Made by a program: the position numbers and the translations under genes. The notes beneath the pieces are model-generated. The model had not been told where the DNA came from and did not search any database. It saw nothing but the letters and a program-made list of their open reading frames with translations. From Ostrea edulis (Eukaryota): a DNA stretch of 64,000 nt. The stretch covers positions 82,398,001-82,462,000 of the forward strand of contig NC_079164.1 of NCBI RefSeq assembly GCF_947568905.1, given 5' to 3'. Numbering within the stretch: the stretch's first letter is position 1; the number at the start of each line of letters is the position of its first letter. Shown here piece after piece: positions 14,201 to 29,200 of the stretch.

Positions 14201-17200
14201 AGAGGTGACACACTTGGGCCATTCTGAGGACTGAAGATCTTACTGCATCCTTGGTGACAACAGAGTTAAAGTACTGGTAAAAAATGCCCCAATCTGGGTC
14301 TGATAAGGCACTGTTGGGTGATTGGGGGAGGGGAAAGATGACAGAAACACAATGAAAGAGCCCTAACAGTAGTATCTGATCATTATCTCAATATCCAAAT
14401 TACCAAGCAATGATTAATCACTCTTCTGAGTCTGATCGTGTGTGTCATACCAGTTGGACAACAGTTCTAAATTGCATGTATAGTATACATCTTTAAATAT
14501 CCTCACACGCTGCCTTGTTTCTTAATGAAACATGCACTGCCTAGAGGCTAAGACACTTGTAACAACATTCAAAGCAAACACCTAACAAAAACCATGATGA
14601 ATTGCAAACCCCTTAATTTAATTTAGATCTAAAAATAAGATTGAAATATGGCATCAAGAAGGGCAAAAAAAGTCCACAATATCAAGTACAAAAAAAAGTG
14701 CAATTAAAATCAATTACTGCAAATAATGTGCAATTCATATCAATTATTGTAAAAAAAAAAAAAATCAATATATGCACCCAGGGGTGCATAAGCCGAGTTG
14801 CATGGGATACATTGTAAAGTCAGGAATGATGTGGCATATTTATAATTGTGAAGAACTAATTTCAGTTTTAAACTTTTCAAGTTACTGTCCAGAAACCATA
14901 TTTGTCTGAAGTTTTCATTCTATTTTCGGTCACTGTGAATTTTTCTCAAAAATCAATATGGGTCTTCCTTACCTGGTACCCAACAATATATCAAAGTTTC
15001 ATTTGATTAGATTGTAAACTTTTCGAGTTATCATCCGGAAACCAATTGTTAACGCCCAACCGCCCACCCGCATCACCAAACCAATAGCCGAGTTCAACTT
15101 CGTTGCAACTCGGCTAAAAATGTGCAATTCATATTAATTATTGCACAACCTATATCAATTATTGCACAAAAATGCACAACTGACATCAATTATTGAACCA
15201 AAAAATGCCAAATTTCAAATCAAATATTGCACACTATCTACCTGTCTGAACACAACTCTCTATTGAACACAATTGTATATTTAACACAATTCAGACACAG
15301 CTGTTTATTGAACAAACCTGTCTATTACACACAACTGTTCATTGAACACAAATGTATATTGTAACAAGATTTATTTCAAAAACTCTGGGCCCACAGGCCT
15401 TATCGGTCACCTGAGTACATGTATTAGTTCAAAGCATCACTACTCCCGAGGGTTATGAAATCTAGAAAATATTTCCTGTTCTGAATATCTAAGCTAAATT
15501 CTAATATTCAGCAACAGTATAAAACAAGATGTGTTCTCAAATCAAAAAATGCCCTCAAAAGTGCCTATACTGATGAAAGGCTTTACATAATATATGTAAA
15601 AGTTACACAAAATGACAAATTTGGACCTGTCCTAGAATAAATAATCTGGTGTTGTGAAAATCACAATTTTGGTACATCCTTTTCTGCCTTTTCTAAATAT
15701 GCATTTAGTTTTTATACTGTATCAGTAAACTTAAAGAAGTCTTTCAAATGATAAAGACTATAATCACTATGATAATTTTCGCTCCACCCTTGAACCCTTA
15801 TCCCCAAGGACCATGAAATTTACAATTTCAATAAAGGACTACCTACTCCTTCTAAATGTCTATTCAGTTTCAATTTAGTATTAATAGCATTAAAGAAGAT
15901 ATAATTCAAATGTTTTACACATATACACTATGTATAAAAAGTTTGGCCCCACCCTGAAGTCATAAATCATGAAATTTATAATTTTGGTAGGTCTTCCTGC
16001 TTTACTTCACTATGCATTTAGTTTTTCTTAGAGATATGCAGTTGTAGAGAAGAAGATTTTTAAAAAATGGTCAATTCTTGGCAGTTTTTGCCCTGCCCCT
16101 AAGGCCCCAGAGGAGCAAGAGTCCTGAAATTTACAATTTATGTCACCCTTGTTCTGAAGATGCTTCATACCAAATCTAAAAAGAATTGGAATGGTAGTTA
16201 TCAAGAAGAAGTTAAAAATGTTCAATTGTTACTGTCTATGAACACAAATTTCTATTGAACAAAATAGCATGGACACAAATGTCTATTGAATTAAACTGCC
16301 TACAGAACACAACTTGAATACAACTATTGACTGCAGACAAATGTCTACAGAAGAGAACCATCTATTGGACACAATTTGTACATAAATGTTTACCGACAAC
16401 AACTGTCTATCGAACACAAATGTCCATTGAACACAGCTGTCTATTGAACATGACTATGACTTGGACACAACCAGCACCTGAACAACCATCTGTATGCCTT
16501 ACCTCCCATTTCCCAGTGTTTCTGGCAGATCTGATGGCCGACAGTAGCTGGTCCACATCATGGTTTAGATTGGAATGTTCATCCCGAATTCTTGCATTAC
16601 TCTCTTCTTGGCGATGGATTCTCTGTTGTAAATCCTAGAAAAGCACAACAAACATAAAAGAAATTAGTAAACTACGACTACCTAGAATACGAAGGATTTG
16701 TATATATTACAGCAATTTATTTTTTCCAAACCAAAATCCTAGGAATAGTGTATTCATGTCTATATGGCCATGTCTGTACATGATTTATTACAAACCTGTC
16801 CATTCAATTTACAGTAATTCTGTGTGTGAACATTCCTAATACACATGATTCTAGTTCATATTAACTAGACATAATTGATCTTTTTTCAACATGGTAATGT
16901 ATGAAGTTACATTGTGCAGAAACAGACATGCCTAAGATGACTTCACAAATACTGTACAATAAGTAGTTTCCATGTTTTGCAAGTGCCCATTTTAAAAAAA
17001 AGCAGATCTGAATTTCTATTCATGCAGTTTAGTAGCCATGTCATTTTGAATCCCCAGTTGTGAACAGTCTGTTGTGATCTTTGGTAAGAAGAGAAGGATG
17101 CCTGCTGTATGGAGGGCATTCTAGACAAGAATCGGAGTCTGTCTGTAAACACCAGCACTAGCTTCTTACACAAACAATTTCAGTCTGATTTTTTAAAAAT

Positions 17201-20200
17201 GTAAATACTATATTGGAAGGTATATACAGTGTATTTGCAACAACCTTTCAGTTAAGAAAGAACATAATTCTTATTTTATACGAGTACAATCACAGTTCTG
17301 TAGACGGTATCAGCTTATTCACCATTGGTACCAATGTTTACCATTCAATTTGGTAATTTTCCTTGGTTGCCTATTTTGCAGGTCAACTAGATGGAATTTT
17401 CAGTATTTAGTACCTTCTTTCAAAATGTTGACTGGTCAATGCATCATGACACATTTATTTCATGTCATTTGTTCACAACTTATAATACCACTACAGATAA
17501 GCACTAAATATTAAACTTCCTTCATTAGGATGAAAGTAAATATACATATCTGATCCTAGGTAATATGATAGAAGGACTAACTTTTCTGAATTTGCATAGT
17601 ATATTTTAAATAACTGGCTATATTTACACAAATTTCTTCTTATAATTAAGAATTTCAGCGGGGAACTACTCATTGCTATTGGTTAACCTTGGTTGCCAAA
17701 GATAGCTATTTTGACATTGGGTGCGTTCAGAGTAAACCCAATGGTACCATCACCGATTTGCCAATGATAAATATTTAAGTCATTGGTACCATTGGATCCT
17801 TGTGTACTCTGAACGAGTTTGGGTTACAAATGGTGAGAAATCCAACAATGGTACCATTGGTGTACTACTAGCTGATCAGTTAGTACGAAATGTCCGAGAT
17901 ATTCGCTCATATCACCTTTGTGAATAATTTGTACCAAGAAGACGCGTTTAGAAAAATGTTTTTAAGTCCTATTAATTACTCTCTCCAGCAGATTATTTTC
18001 TCCATCTTCGCTAGCCTAGAGTTTTCGGTCCATAAATGTGAAGCTGAGTGGACCAAAAACCCTTTGGCTAACGAAGATGTAGTTTCTCTTGTAAAACATC
18101 ATGAGTATAGATCATCTGATGAAATGATTAGACTGGGAGATTACTATACCATATCACTTACACTTGATGTTTTTAAAACCCATTTCCGTCTATGCAGGGG
18201 TATGTTTGAAGCAATTTGTCGGAAATTGTCTTTAGTTGATGTCTGTGAAGATTTATAAGGGGGAAAGATGTGATACAAAATCGGTTTCTTTCAGTGGGTA
18301 AAGTGTGTACGTAATGCCCGCCACTTTTGATTACGTCATAAATAGAGTTACCAATGCTAACAGAGCTCTAGGTTGTCTGCAGAAATGTTTAACATTGGTA
18401 TATTTTATTGGCAAACATTGGTACCATTGTTGTACCAATGGAAAAAAAATTTGCCAATGGGAACTCATATCAACCAACGGTAGTACATGTAATCCATTGG
18501 GTGCATTCAGAGTACTACCACTGGTTGACAAAAGTTACCATCGGCAGAATTTTTACCATTGGTATGACAATTGTACCAATGTCTGCCATCAAGAGTTATC
18601 AATGGAAAACATTTCTGCAGACAACCTAGAGCTCTGTTAGCATTGGTAATTTTATCAAAGACATAATCAAAAATGGCGGGCATTTTGTACAGGCTGAAAG
18701 CAAATGATTTTGTAGCACAGCTTTTCCCCTTAAATCTTCATAGACATCAAATGAAGACAATTTCAGACACATTGTTTCAAACATATCCCTGGAGAGATAG
18801 AAAAGGGTTTTAAAAACATCTGAGTGTATATGATGGCATAGTAATCGCTCACTCTAACCATTTCATCCAATGATCTGCTATGTTTTGTAGTGGTTTTCAG
18901 TCCACTATGGTCCTCATTTATGGACCAAAAACTCTTGTCTAGCGAAGATGGAGAAAATAATCTGCAGAAGAAAGTAATTAACAGTACTTAAAAACATATT
19001 TCTAAACGCATCTTCTTGCTGCAGAATTATACATATAGATATGAAGATATCTTTGTTTGACATTTCTAATGCTAACTGATCAGCTAGTGGTATACCAATG
19101 GTACCATTGTTGAATTTCTTACCATTTGTAACCCAAACTCGTTCTAAGTACACAGGGATCTAATGGTACCAAAACTAAAATTTTTACCATTGGCAAATTG
19201 GTGATGGTATCATTGGGTTTACTCTGAATGCACCCATTGGTTAGCAAATACTATTCACACTTTCAAAGATATTTAAAATGGCAAGCATTGGCACCATGGC
19301 AGCCAATGGTAAAATCGGCATTCTACCATACAGAAAATTGTGAACACACCCATACTGGCATAGTTCAAAAGTTATGACCAACGTTACAGCTGAGAACAGA
19401 CAAATAGACAGATGAAAAACAATTCATCCCTACATCTTCAATATTGGGGACATAAGAGCGAACAGCCGGTATATAATAAAGACAGGTGTATAACAAGAGT
19501 AACGCCAACAGTACATAATACGTCTGTGAAGAGCTAATATAGGGTGTTTATCTTACATCATGATTTGTAGAACTTGGCTTCAGGTAGTATCAGCAATCAT
19601 CAGGGTGTGACTTTCTTTGCATCGTAAAAACAGACAAACCATGTACTCTCTATGTAATATTTACACTTTGCATAAGGTATATGTGTGCCAAGTTTGATGG
19701 TCCAACAGTTCAGTTTGTATCCTGCTACTAGCTACGACCTTGACCTTTGACTTTGAGAAACAATAGGCATCCTCCACTTGGCATAAGGTGTATGTGTACA
19801 AAGTTTAACAGTCCTAGCCCCAACAATTCAGTCTCTATACTGCCTACAAGGTTTTCCAATTAAGTGATACTGCAGCCATGACCTTTGACCTTGAAAACAA
19901 TAGGCATCCTCCACTCATCATGGTGATCAAATGTACCAAGTTGCAATATCCTGGAACTTTGGTTTGGTCTGCATCCTGCCTACAAGGTTTTCCTACTAAG
20001 CAATACTGCAACCGTGACCTTTGACCTTGAAAAACAATAGGTATATTCCTCTCATCATGGTGATCAAATGTACTAAGTTGCAATATCCAGGAGCTTATAG
20101 TTTGGTTTGTATCCTGCCCACAATGTTTCCCTTCTTAGTGATACTACAACCTTGACCTTTGACTTCTGACCTTGAAAAACAATAGGCATCTTCCTCTTAT

Positions 20201-23200
20201 CATGGTGATCATATATACCAAGTTTTAATATCCTGGAACTTATGGTTCAGTATGTATCCTTCCTACAAGGTTTTCCTACTAAGTGATACTATGGTCATAG
20301 TATTTTGAACCCTTGGTTCAATACTTTATAGGAGGTTCATTTTATCGTAGTGATAGTTTGAACCCGGGTTCAAAATATTGCAGGGTTAAATATATTATAT
20401 GACACTGGTTTTGGCTTGGTTCTTTTATCTAGAAGGTCAGAGCGGTTACAGTTTTGTTTACCTCCAATAAGTTTTCTGCTCGGGTTTTCTCAATGGTAAG
20501 AGCACGGAGCTCTCTCTCCAGTTCCCTAGTTTTAGTGATGTGATCCTGCAATAAAGTAAGAGTGTTTATGTATAACAAAAGAGCCATAAATGAAACATGA
20601 TTATTCAACCTGTTACCAACATATCAAGTTCATAAAATATTAAAACTTTGTTGACGTTCATAATCAATACAACATACCATCTAACCAGAAAATCAGACTT
20701 CAGATAACTAAGAGAGCTTCAATTTTGTTAATAATTACCCAAATTAAGCATCATATTGACACCAAACATTAAAATGCTATAAATCACAGGCAAACAATAT
20801 TGGCATAGTAAGATGCTTTGTAGGAACAGTGTTGAGATATATGTGTACACATAGTAACTTATTACATGAATGACTTGCATTGATAACTTTTTGTTTCACA
20901 ATAATGTACTCTTCCTAACAAACAGAATGAATTGTTGAATATTCTATTCAAATGATGCTTCTACTTTCTCATTTACAGCTAATTATGGAGATGGATAAAA
21001 ATTTCTAAAATCAAATGATTTGAAGACTACAGCCTTCTATGGTTAAATAACACCGCATGTCTAAACATGAAATAATCCACCAGTCAATAGGCAGAGAATT
21101 AGTAACTCAATGAACATTTGTACAGACACACTCCTTCACATGTAATCCTCTTTTAATAATGTTTTTTATCTTTAATTGAGACTTCAATATTAAAAAAAAA
21201 AAAATAATGTGTAAGATCTAACATATAAAGAGTCTATTGGCAGACACATCGTCTCTCCATGATTGCAAGTCGCCCTGCTTCAAAGACCGCTGTTTTACAA
21301 TTTAAAAATCTTTGAACATGCTAAATACAAAATGATCTGGTTTACCATATTCTAAATATTTTGAACTAATTGAAATCCACAAACTAAAAAACCTAACCAT
21401 AACAAGAAAACAAAGAAAGAGAAAATACAATAGACTATTATGCAGAAAAAAATCAACTCTATTCATAATTTCACACCAAGTGCAATTAAAGACCCCTAAT
21501 TATACCTTCTTACATAACATACTTCAACAGAATTTTTTTTTTAATTCTGAACAATCATTGTTGAATAATAAAGTAATCTAAATTTAAGATCCATGGATAT
21601 CATAATGAATGCTTTCAAAAGCATTTTATTTTGGATCTCAGAGATAATCTGGTTTCTCTTGGAGTTTAGTTTGCTTTCTGTTTGTGCAGATTGAAACTAT
21701 AACTGACCAAAAAAAAAAAAATCCTGAATTGGTGACCACCTTTCATTCATAGATTTCTAAAAATACAGGAAATCTGTAGCAAGTCATATATGAGCTATAT
21801 AAATCTACATTTCAAAGCTTACAAGATTGTGTACATATATATGTACATGTAAATGTTATAGCTTTAAGACGGCTGGGATCAAATTTGGGTGGTCAGTTGG
21901 TAGGTACCATGCCATTTTTTCCAGACTGAGCTACAGTCCTGAAATTTGCACACTGAGAAATCATGCAATATGAAGTACATGTACCTCAAATAATCCTTAC
22001 AAGATGAAAACAGGACAGAACACAAAACCTTCAACAACACGACAGAAGAACAAGAACAAGAGTACCGCAAACGGTACATAATACGCCCGTGAAATGCTTA
22101 CATAGGGTGTTTTTCTTGTGCTATAATTTGTATAACTTTGCTTCAGGTAGTACCAGCCATCATGAGGCTGTGACAAACTTTCATATCAACAAAGGGTCTT
22201 AGCTTAAAAATTGAGATTTCCCCAAAATGGACCAAGTTCAACAACCTGCAATTTTTTTCAAAAATGGAAGAAAATCAAAACCCTTCACCAGATGCACATC
22301 TTCAGTACCTATACAAACACTCCACAAAATAAGAAGGTCCTCACTTGAAAACTGTGGGAGGAGTTGGGCAGACAAATTATGTACCCTTCATAGAAGATTA
22401 ATTTCTAAATAGACTAAGCTTCAACAACCTGTAAATTTCTCAAAAATTGTAGAAAATCAAAATCCATCCCACATGCACATTTTCAATACCCATACAAACA
22501 CTCAACAAAATAAGAAGGTTCTCATTTGAAAACTGTGGAAGAATTATGTACCCTCCATATAATAATTATTTCCAAATAAGGGGGCAAAACTCCTGGAAAA
22601 AAGGTCGAAATGGATCAAAATTGCAGTATGATCCAGAGTGACCCACAAAGAAGCTACACAGCAAGTTTCAGCATGATATGTGGAAGGGAAATGAAATTAT
22701 AAAGAGAAAACCGCGAATGGACGGACGGACTGACGTACAGACATCGCTGTACCATAATACGTCCCGTCTAAAGACGGGCATATAAAAAGTGTACAGTGCT
22801 ACATACAATGAGAGTCACATGACTGCTCATCATCTTCATTCACTATATATGCTGAAGATTAGAAGAAAAGAAGTTAGACTGGGTAACAGGGTTTCACCTT
22901 GATAAACCACCTACAAACAAAGACCTAATAAAATCATTTAGCTAGTGACCCAAGAGTGATAAGACTGTTTGGAAAGGACTTCTAATCAAATAAACACCTC
23001 TGCATGAGAGAGTCCCATCACTTTATCAATATTGATTATAGTGTATACCTATATGCAGTTTTTATCCATCAATCAAAATTTTTGTAAAGTTGTTTTACAA
23101 TTAAGTGACCAAGAAAACATTATATCAAAGTTGACAAAATACAAGATGCATGTGTTTTATTTGCTGAGTGTTGTAATGTATCTATGGATACCTAATAAGT

Positions 23201-26200
23201 CGACCAGAGTTTTTGTTAATTTTTGTAAACTTTGTAAGAAATTGATTAACACTGTGCAGTTTTGGAAGAAAATCAAACTCTATATGTGTAAAAGCCTTTT
23301 CTTCAGATAGCAATTAATGCTCTCAGTCCAAAATTAAATTTGTGTCAAAGAAATTGTGTAACAAATACTTGATTCCAACAAACTGGAAACCACATATATC
23401 AGATAATGAATACAAGAGGCCCAGTATCAAAACAAAATCAAATTCCTTTTACAAATGTTTAAATGTTTCTTTTATATCAAAGCACCAAGTCCCCAATCAA
23501 ATACCTCATTCAATAATATCGGGCCTTTATCAAACAAAATGTATCCAAATAAGAGGCAACCGGGTGTGCTTAAAACTGAGAATCTATGTTGTAGATTTAG
23601 CTCAAATTTCATTAGCATTAATGCACCCAGTTACTCTACACAACAAAGTATACCAGGCTTCTAACAATTTAATACAATTACAAATTGTTCATTGAAATAT
23701 TCTTCATTCTATACAAGATAAAAAAAAACTTCTAAATGGCAATCAGTTCTTTAAACTTACTTTTATAGGACTTTTTTTGGACATGGTTAATTTTCCTCAA
23801 CAGAAATATGCAAGATCATGCAGAATTCATTATTTCACACACACACATCCATTTCTAGAGTTCCTTACAAGTTCAAAGATCCAGTTTCACAAAGACAACA
23901 CTTTATAATCCAGATACTTATATCATAATTGATTAATCTATTTTCATAACCGTGAGAACTCCATTTGTTCCCATCCATTATCTATCATGGCCCTGTAATT
24001 TATGTGTTTGACCAGAAAGAGATTCGGAAACATGTCTGCGGTTTTAACCTTGGATAAGCTTGAGTCAACCTATCTTGGATCTTTCTACCCCGGCACACTT
24101 TATCAGGGTCTTCCAACTCATTCTGAGCCAAAAGACTGCTATTGACACTTTTTGTAGCATTACCAGATCTCAATGATACATTAATGAATATAAATGTAAA
24201 CATTACTAGGGTCATGTACAGTGATAATTAGCAATTCAATTGCATAATTAAGTAACATTTAACTGTAGAGCGAGTCGGATGATTTGCAGACGTCTTATCA
24301 AAATGAATGAAAAAAAAGCAATTTCTTTTACATGCATAAAATAAGATATTCCCCCTTGATATTTCTATAACTTTGTGTTCAGCATGTACAGTATACTATA
24401 GAGTTGAACTACAGTGTTAGTATCTTATCTATTCTGCCATTTTGTAACCCACAAAACATGATATCTTCTAACATCATCATTGTGCATTACTAGATTCCAT
24501 ATACATGTATAAAGATGTGGAAATATAATCAGGGGATCCACTATTGACACATCTGCATTAGCGCTTGACACACACAAATTATACCGCTCCCCCAATTCCT
24601 CCACCCACCCATCCACCCAATAACAGACCATATGTATGTTTCAGTGATTAGATATCTGAACAAGTGAAATTTTTCTCATTTCAATAAATTAATCTAGATT
24701 AATGAAAATTTCTAAATGATTCATGTTTGCAAACCAAATCAAAGTTTGTGGTAAAACAAGGAGAGATCCTTACTGCTGCCTGCTGACCATGTTGAGTCTG
24801 GTCTACTGGTTCTCGCCAAGTCACCTTCTTGTTGGACACTGGGCTCCTGGAGCGTCCAGGATAGCTATATACCCCTCCCCTATCCATGCCTGGATGGATA
24901 GGATAGTATATCCACACTCCAACACAAAATAATCCTCACATTACACACTGAAACATTTCACACAATCCTCGGATGTAAACATGTCTATTCAAACTGATGA
25001 CTACATGGAACGTCTCCAGTTTAATTTCAGAACTTCAGCAGAGCCATAAAACATGCATATTAATAACGCACGGTAAATCCTCTTTTCACTCACACGACAA
25101 CAAAAGAACAATATTTGAACAGCTTAATGTCTGCAATAATCCCAAGGTTCACAGGGGTATATATTCAAAAAGCACCCTCACAAAAGACACCTAAGCAAAA
25201 CTGTTCAGCAAGAAAAAAGATGACTTGAATAGGGAAATAGTTTCATGAAATAAATGAAATTAAATTGAAAGTTAGGTTTAAACTTCATAGAGACTGCATG
25301 GATGAATATGAATTGTTTGTAAAAATGTTATCTCTGTTTTCACTGGGGCGGGAAGTCTGTACGCGCATAGCCGGGCATGCTGCTACACGCCATTCTTACA
25401 CTGCCCGCTGCCGAGGAGTGTGGCTTACCTTTAAATCAAGGAACAATGTGGGGAACAAACAATACCCATTAATGTAATGCCTTTTAAACTGGTCAGAAGA
25501 CTATTTGGGTGACACAAGACTAATTACCTTCTTGGGTTTTTAAAATTCCTATCATCGTTCGTTTTATCACTGTATATTTTGTTCATTTAATCATTTACAA
25601 TTAATAAATAAACATAAATAAAACCAGTAACACAATCCTTTTAGTAAATTATCTAGATTTTGTCTCATTCTAATCTATAACATTAATCATTATCATTAGA
25701 TGAACATATAAAATCTTCAATTTTGGTGAACCCAAAACAAGCAATGTCAACCTTAAATCATAATTATAATTTGTTTTTGGTAAAAAAAAAAGTCTTCCCA
25801 GCTCCCTAAATTGAAAGTGCTCCAAATTACAGCCCCCTTCCCTTAATGTTCTGCATGGTATAGTGGAGAAAGCATGAGCAAGAACATAGACATTATAAAC
25901 TGCACTTTGTGCATTGAGGAAAAAGATGGAGAAAAGATTCAACATCTATGTGACCAATGTCATTGTTGTATATGACTGTTATGCTGAAGTACCCATAGGA
26001 ATGTGAAGATACCTTTGTATATATGAAAAAGCTATTAAACATTCCTCTTTGATCCACTGTAAATTGTAGGAAAATATTAGATCCCTTGTCAGAACAATGT
26101 GAACATCATTAATTAAAATGATAATGAAGTAGTGTACAAAACAAGGCTATCCAATAAGCAATATAGGAGAAGTGTTCACAAGCTATTTCACATCCTCCAC

Positions 26201-29200
26201 CCCTTTTAGATCCACTATAACTTTTAGGAAAATAATTGGATCTTCATGTCCCAACAATATGCACATCTACAAAATGGCAATGAAGCATTGTACAAAGTTT
26301 CAAGTCTATCCGATAAGCCATACAGGAGGAGAAGTGTTCACAAGATTTGTGACAGACAAACAGACTAACAGAAAGTACTAAACAATGTTTACCCCTGGAC
26401 TTAGAGATCTGTCGGTAACATCTCCGGCTTGGCTCCCTCTCAGGTGTGTGTGTGTGGGGGGGGGGGGGGGGGCAGGGTCGGGCTATTGCGGCAAATCCAG
26501 CAAACGCCTGAAGAGGTTTAGAGTGTGCTCTCTCAATGTGAACACCCTGAGAGGAAGAGTATGCGAGGTGGTGGAAGCACTCTCTCGCCAAGGAATTGAT
26601 GTTGGTTGTGTGAAGGAAACCAGATACCGAGGTGGACAGTGTCGCACTATCAAGGGGAAGGATTCCAAGTACAAGCTCTTCTGGTCTGGAAATGACAATG
26701 GTATGGCTGGGGTGGGAGAGTTCTTGGCTGAGGAGTGGATCGAGAAGGTATTTGAAGTGCAGCGTGTCTGACAGGATCATCCTAGTGAAGCTTGTGGTCA
26801 GCCATTTGTCAGTCTATGCACCTCAAAGCGGTCTCAATGATGTGCAAAAAGATCAGTTTTACGACTAACTACGTGCAGTGACTGTCAAGATCCCGGCATC
26901 TGACTTCCTTATCCCATGCGGAGATTGGAATGGCCATGTTGGTAGTATTGGCACCGGATTCAGAGAAATGCATGGTGGTCTAGTGTATGGCAGACCAGAT
27001 CCTGATACAGAGGGTGAGAGGATCTTGGAGTATGCACTGGCTTTTGATCTCTTTGTCGGCAACACTTGCTTCAAGAAACGTGAAAGTCACCTAGTGACAT
27101 ACAAGTCTGGAAGCGCAGCTACACAGATCGACTTCATCCTGTTTCGTAAGAATATGCGCAAACTTGTCACAGATGTAACGGTAATCCCTGGTGAGGAAGT
27201 TGCTCTACAGCATCAGCTCCTAGTTTGTGACATATTGATTGACATGCCAACCAAAGCCAGGCACAAGTTCACACCTTGTCTGAAAGTCTGGAAACTCAAG
27301 GATCATGCAACTTGCAGATACTTCCAGGAAGCATTTGAATCGCATGTATCGGCCTCAGCAAGCCGAAGCCACTACCGAGGAAATCTGGTCTAACCTCAAA
27401 ACAGGTTTACTGAAGACAACTGAGAAGGTGTGTGGCATAACACGATCCCACCGATGGCGACGAGAAACTTGGTGGTGGACAAACCTTGTGGAACAGACCA
27501 TCACAGCAAAAAGGTTAGCTTACAAGGCCTGGAAGTCCAGAAATGGCAGAAGGGCAGAGTATGATGCAGCCAAGTGTACATCTAGACGAGCAGTTCATCC
27601 TGCTCGCTATGAGGCAGAAAAGCAGATATACGAAAACGTAGATACCAGGTCTTCAGAGGTGTACCGCCTTCCAAACCAGATGTGAAGGGAGAATGTTGAT
27701 GTTGTGGGTGACAAACCAGTAAAGAATGATGCAGGTGAGATGTCATTGAACCAAGAAGCAAAGGAGAAAGCTTGGCTAGAGCACTATGAAAGGCTCCTAA
27801 ATGTTGAATTTGAATGGGACCCTGAACACTTAACCGATGAATCACCAGTGGAAGGGCCACCTGTCCCAATCTCAATTGATATGGTGAAAAAGGCCATCTC
27901 CAAGATGAAGTCAGGTAAAGCGGCAGGACCATCGGGAATAGTAGTGGAGATGATCAGAGCCGCAGGTGACACAGGTATATCCATGATCCGTGATCTTACA
28001 TCCTCAATTGTCTGTGATGGCAAGGTCCCCACTGACTGGGAGCAGAGTTTCATTGTCTGCCTCTACAAGGGCAAGGGTGATGCTCTGGACAGGGGCAACT
28101 ATCGGGGACTTGAACTGACAGAACAAGTCATGAAAGTCCTGGAGAGGATTGTGGACAGCCTTATTTGGCAGTTAGTGACAATCGATGACTCCCAATTTGG
28201 CTTCGTCCCTGGCAGAGGTATAACTGACGCAATATTTGTTGTTTGGCAGCTGCAGGAAAAATATCTCGCAGTAAACAAACGGGGCTATATGGCGTTCGTG
28301 GACCTCGAAAAGGCATTTGACCGTGTCCCTTGGAAGGTTATCTGGTGGGCACTGCGAAAACTTGGTGTGGAAGAGTGGATTGTGCGTCTAGTGCAGGGGA
28401 TGTATGCCAATGCTCGTAGCTGTGTTCGCATTGGTGATGGCTACAGTGAGGAGTTTGCTGTGAGGGTCGGAGTTCATCAGGGGTCAGTACTCAGCCCTCT
28501 GCTTTTCATCATCGTACTCGAGGCTCTTTCACGCAAATTTCGCACCGGTGTTCCCTAGGAGGATCTGTATGCAGATGACCTGATTATCATTACTGACTCG
28601 TTGGATGAATGTGTCGAGAGTCTTCTGACTTGGAAAGAAGCTATGGAAAGGAAAGGACTGAGAGAGAATGCGGGCAAAACCAAGATCATGATCTGCGGTA
28701 CGGGTCTTGACCTACTTCAGGACTCGGGCAGCTTCCCATGTGCTGTCTGTCATATAGGTGTAGGCAACAATAGTATTTTCTGCAATGGCTGCAAGCACTG
28801 GGTGCACAAGAAATGCAGTGGGCTCATGCGCCTGTCTGTGGACCCTGACTTCAGATGTTCAAGATGCAGGGGAACGGCTCGCCCTCTTGACGGCAGGCTG
28901 CAGAGTGATATCCAAGTTGGTCTAGACAAGTTGGAGGTTGTAGGCTCCTTCTGCTACCTCAGAGACATGCTTTCCGCAGCTGGTGGCTGTGACCTTGCAA
29001 CCACTACGCTTGTGAAGACCGCTTGGAAGAAGTTCAGGGAGTTGCTACCAGTCCTGACATCACGCCACCTGTCGTATAAGACCCGTGGTCGAGTGTATAA
29101 CACCTGCGTATGGAGCGCTATGCTCCATGCCAGTGAGACCTAAGCAATGACCAAGCCAAATCTTCATCGCCTACTACGCAATGACAGGGCCATGATAAGA

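Noticed and set aside
14020-14320. Possible extra exons with AG/GT borders
   Set aside because: Phases do not fit the chain, which is already closed by exon 13623-13696.
28556-29143. Two Trp-to-stop changes (TAG, TAA) in the RTE as possible APOBEC-like G-to-A editing
   Set aside because: Too few sites and no visible cluster; ordinary decay explains them.
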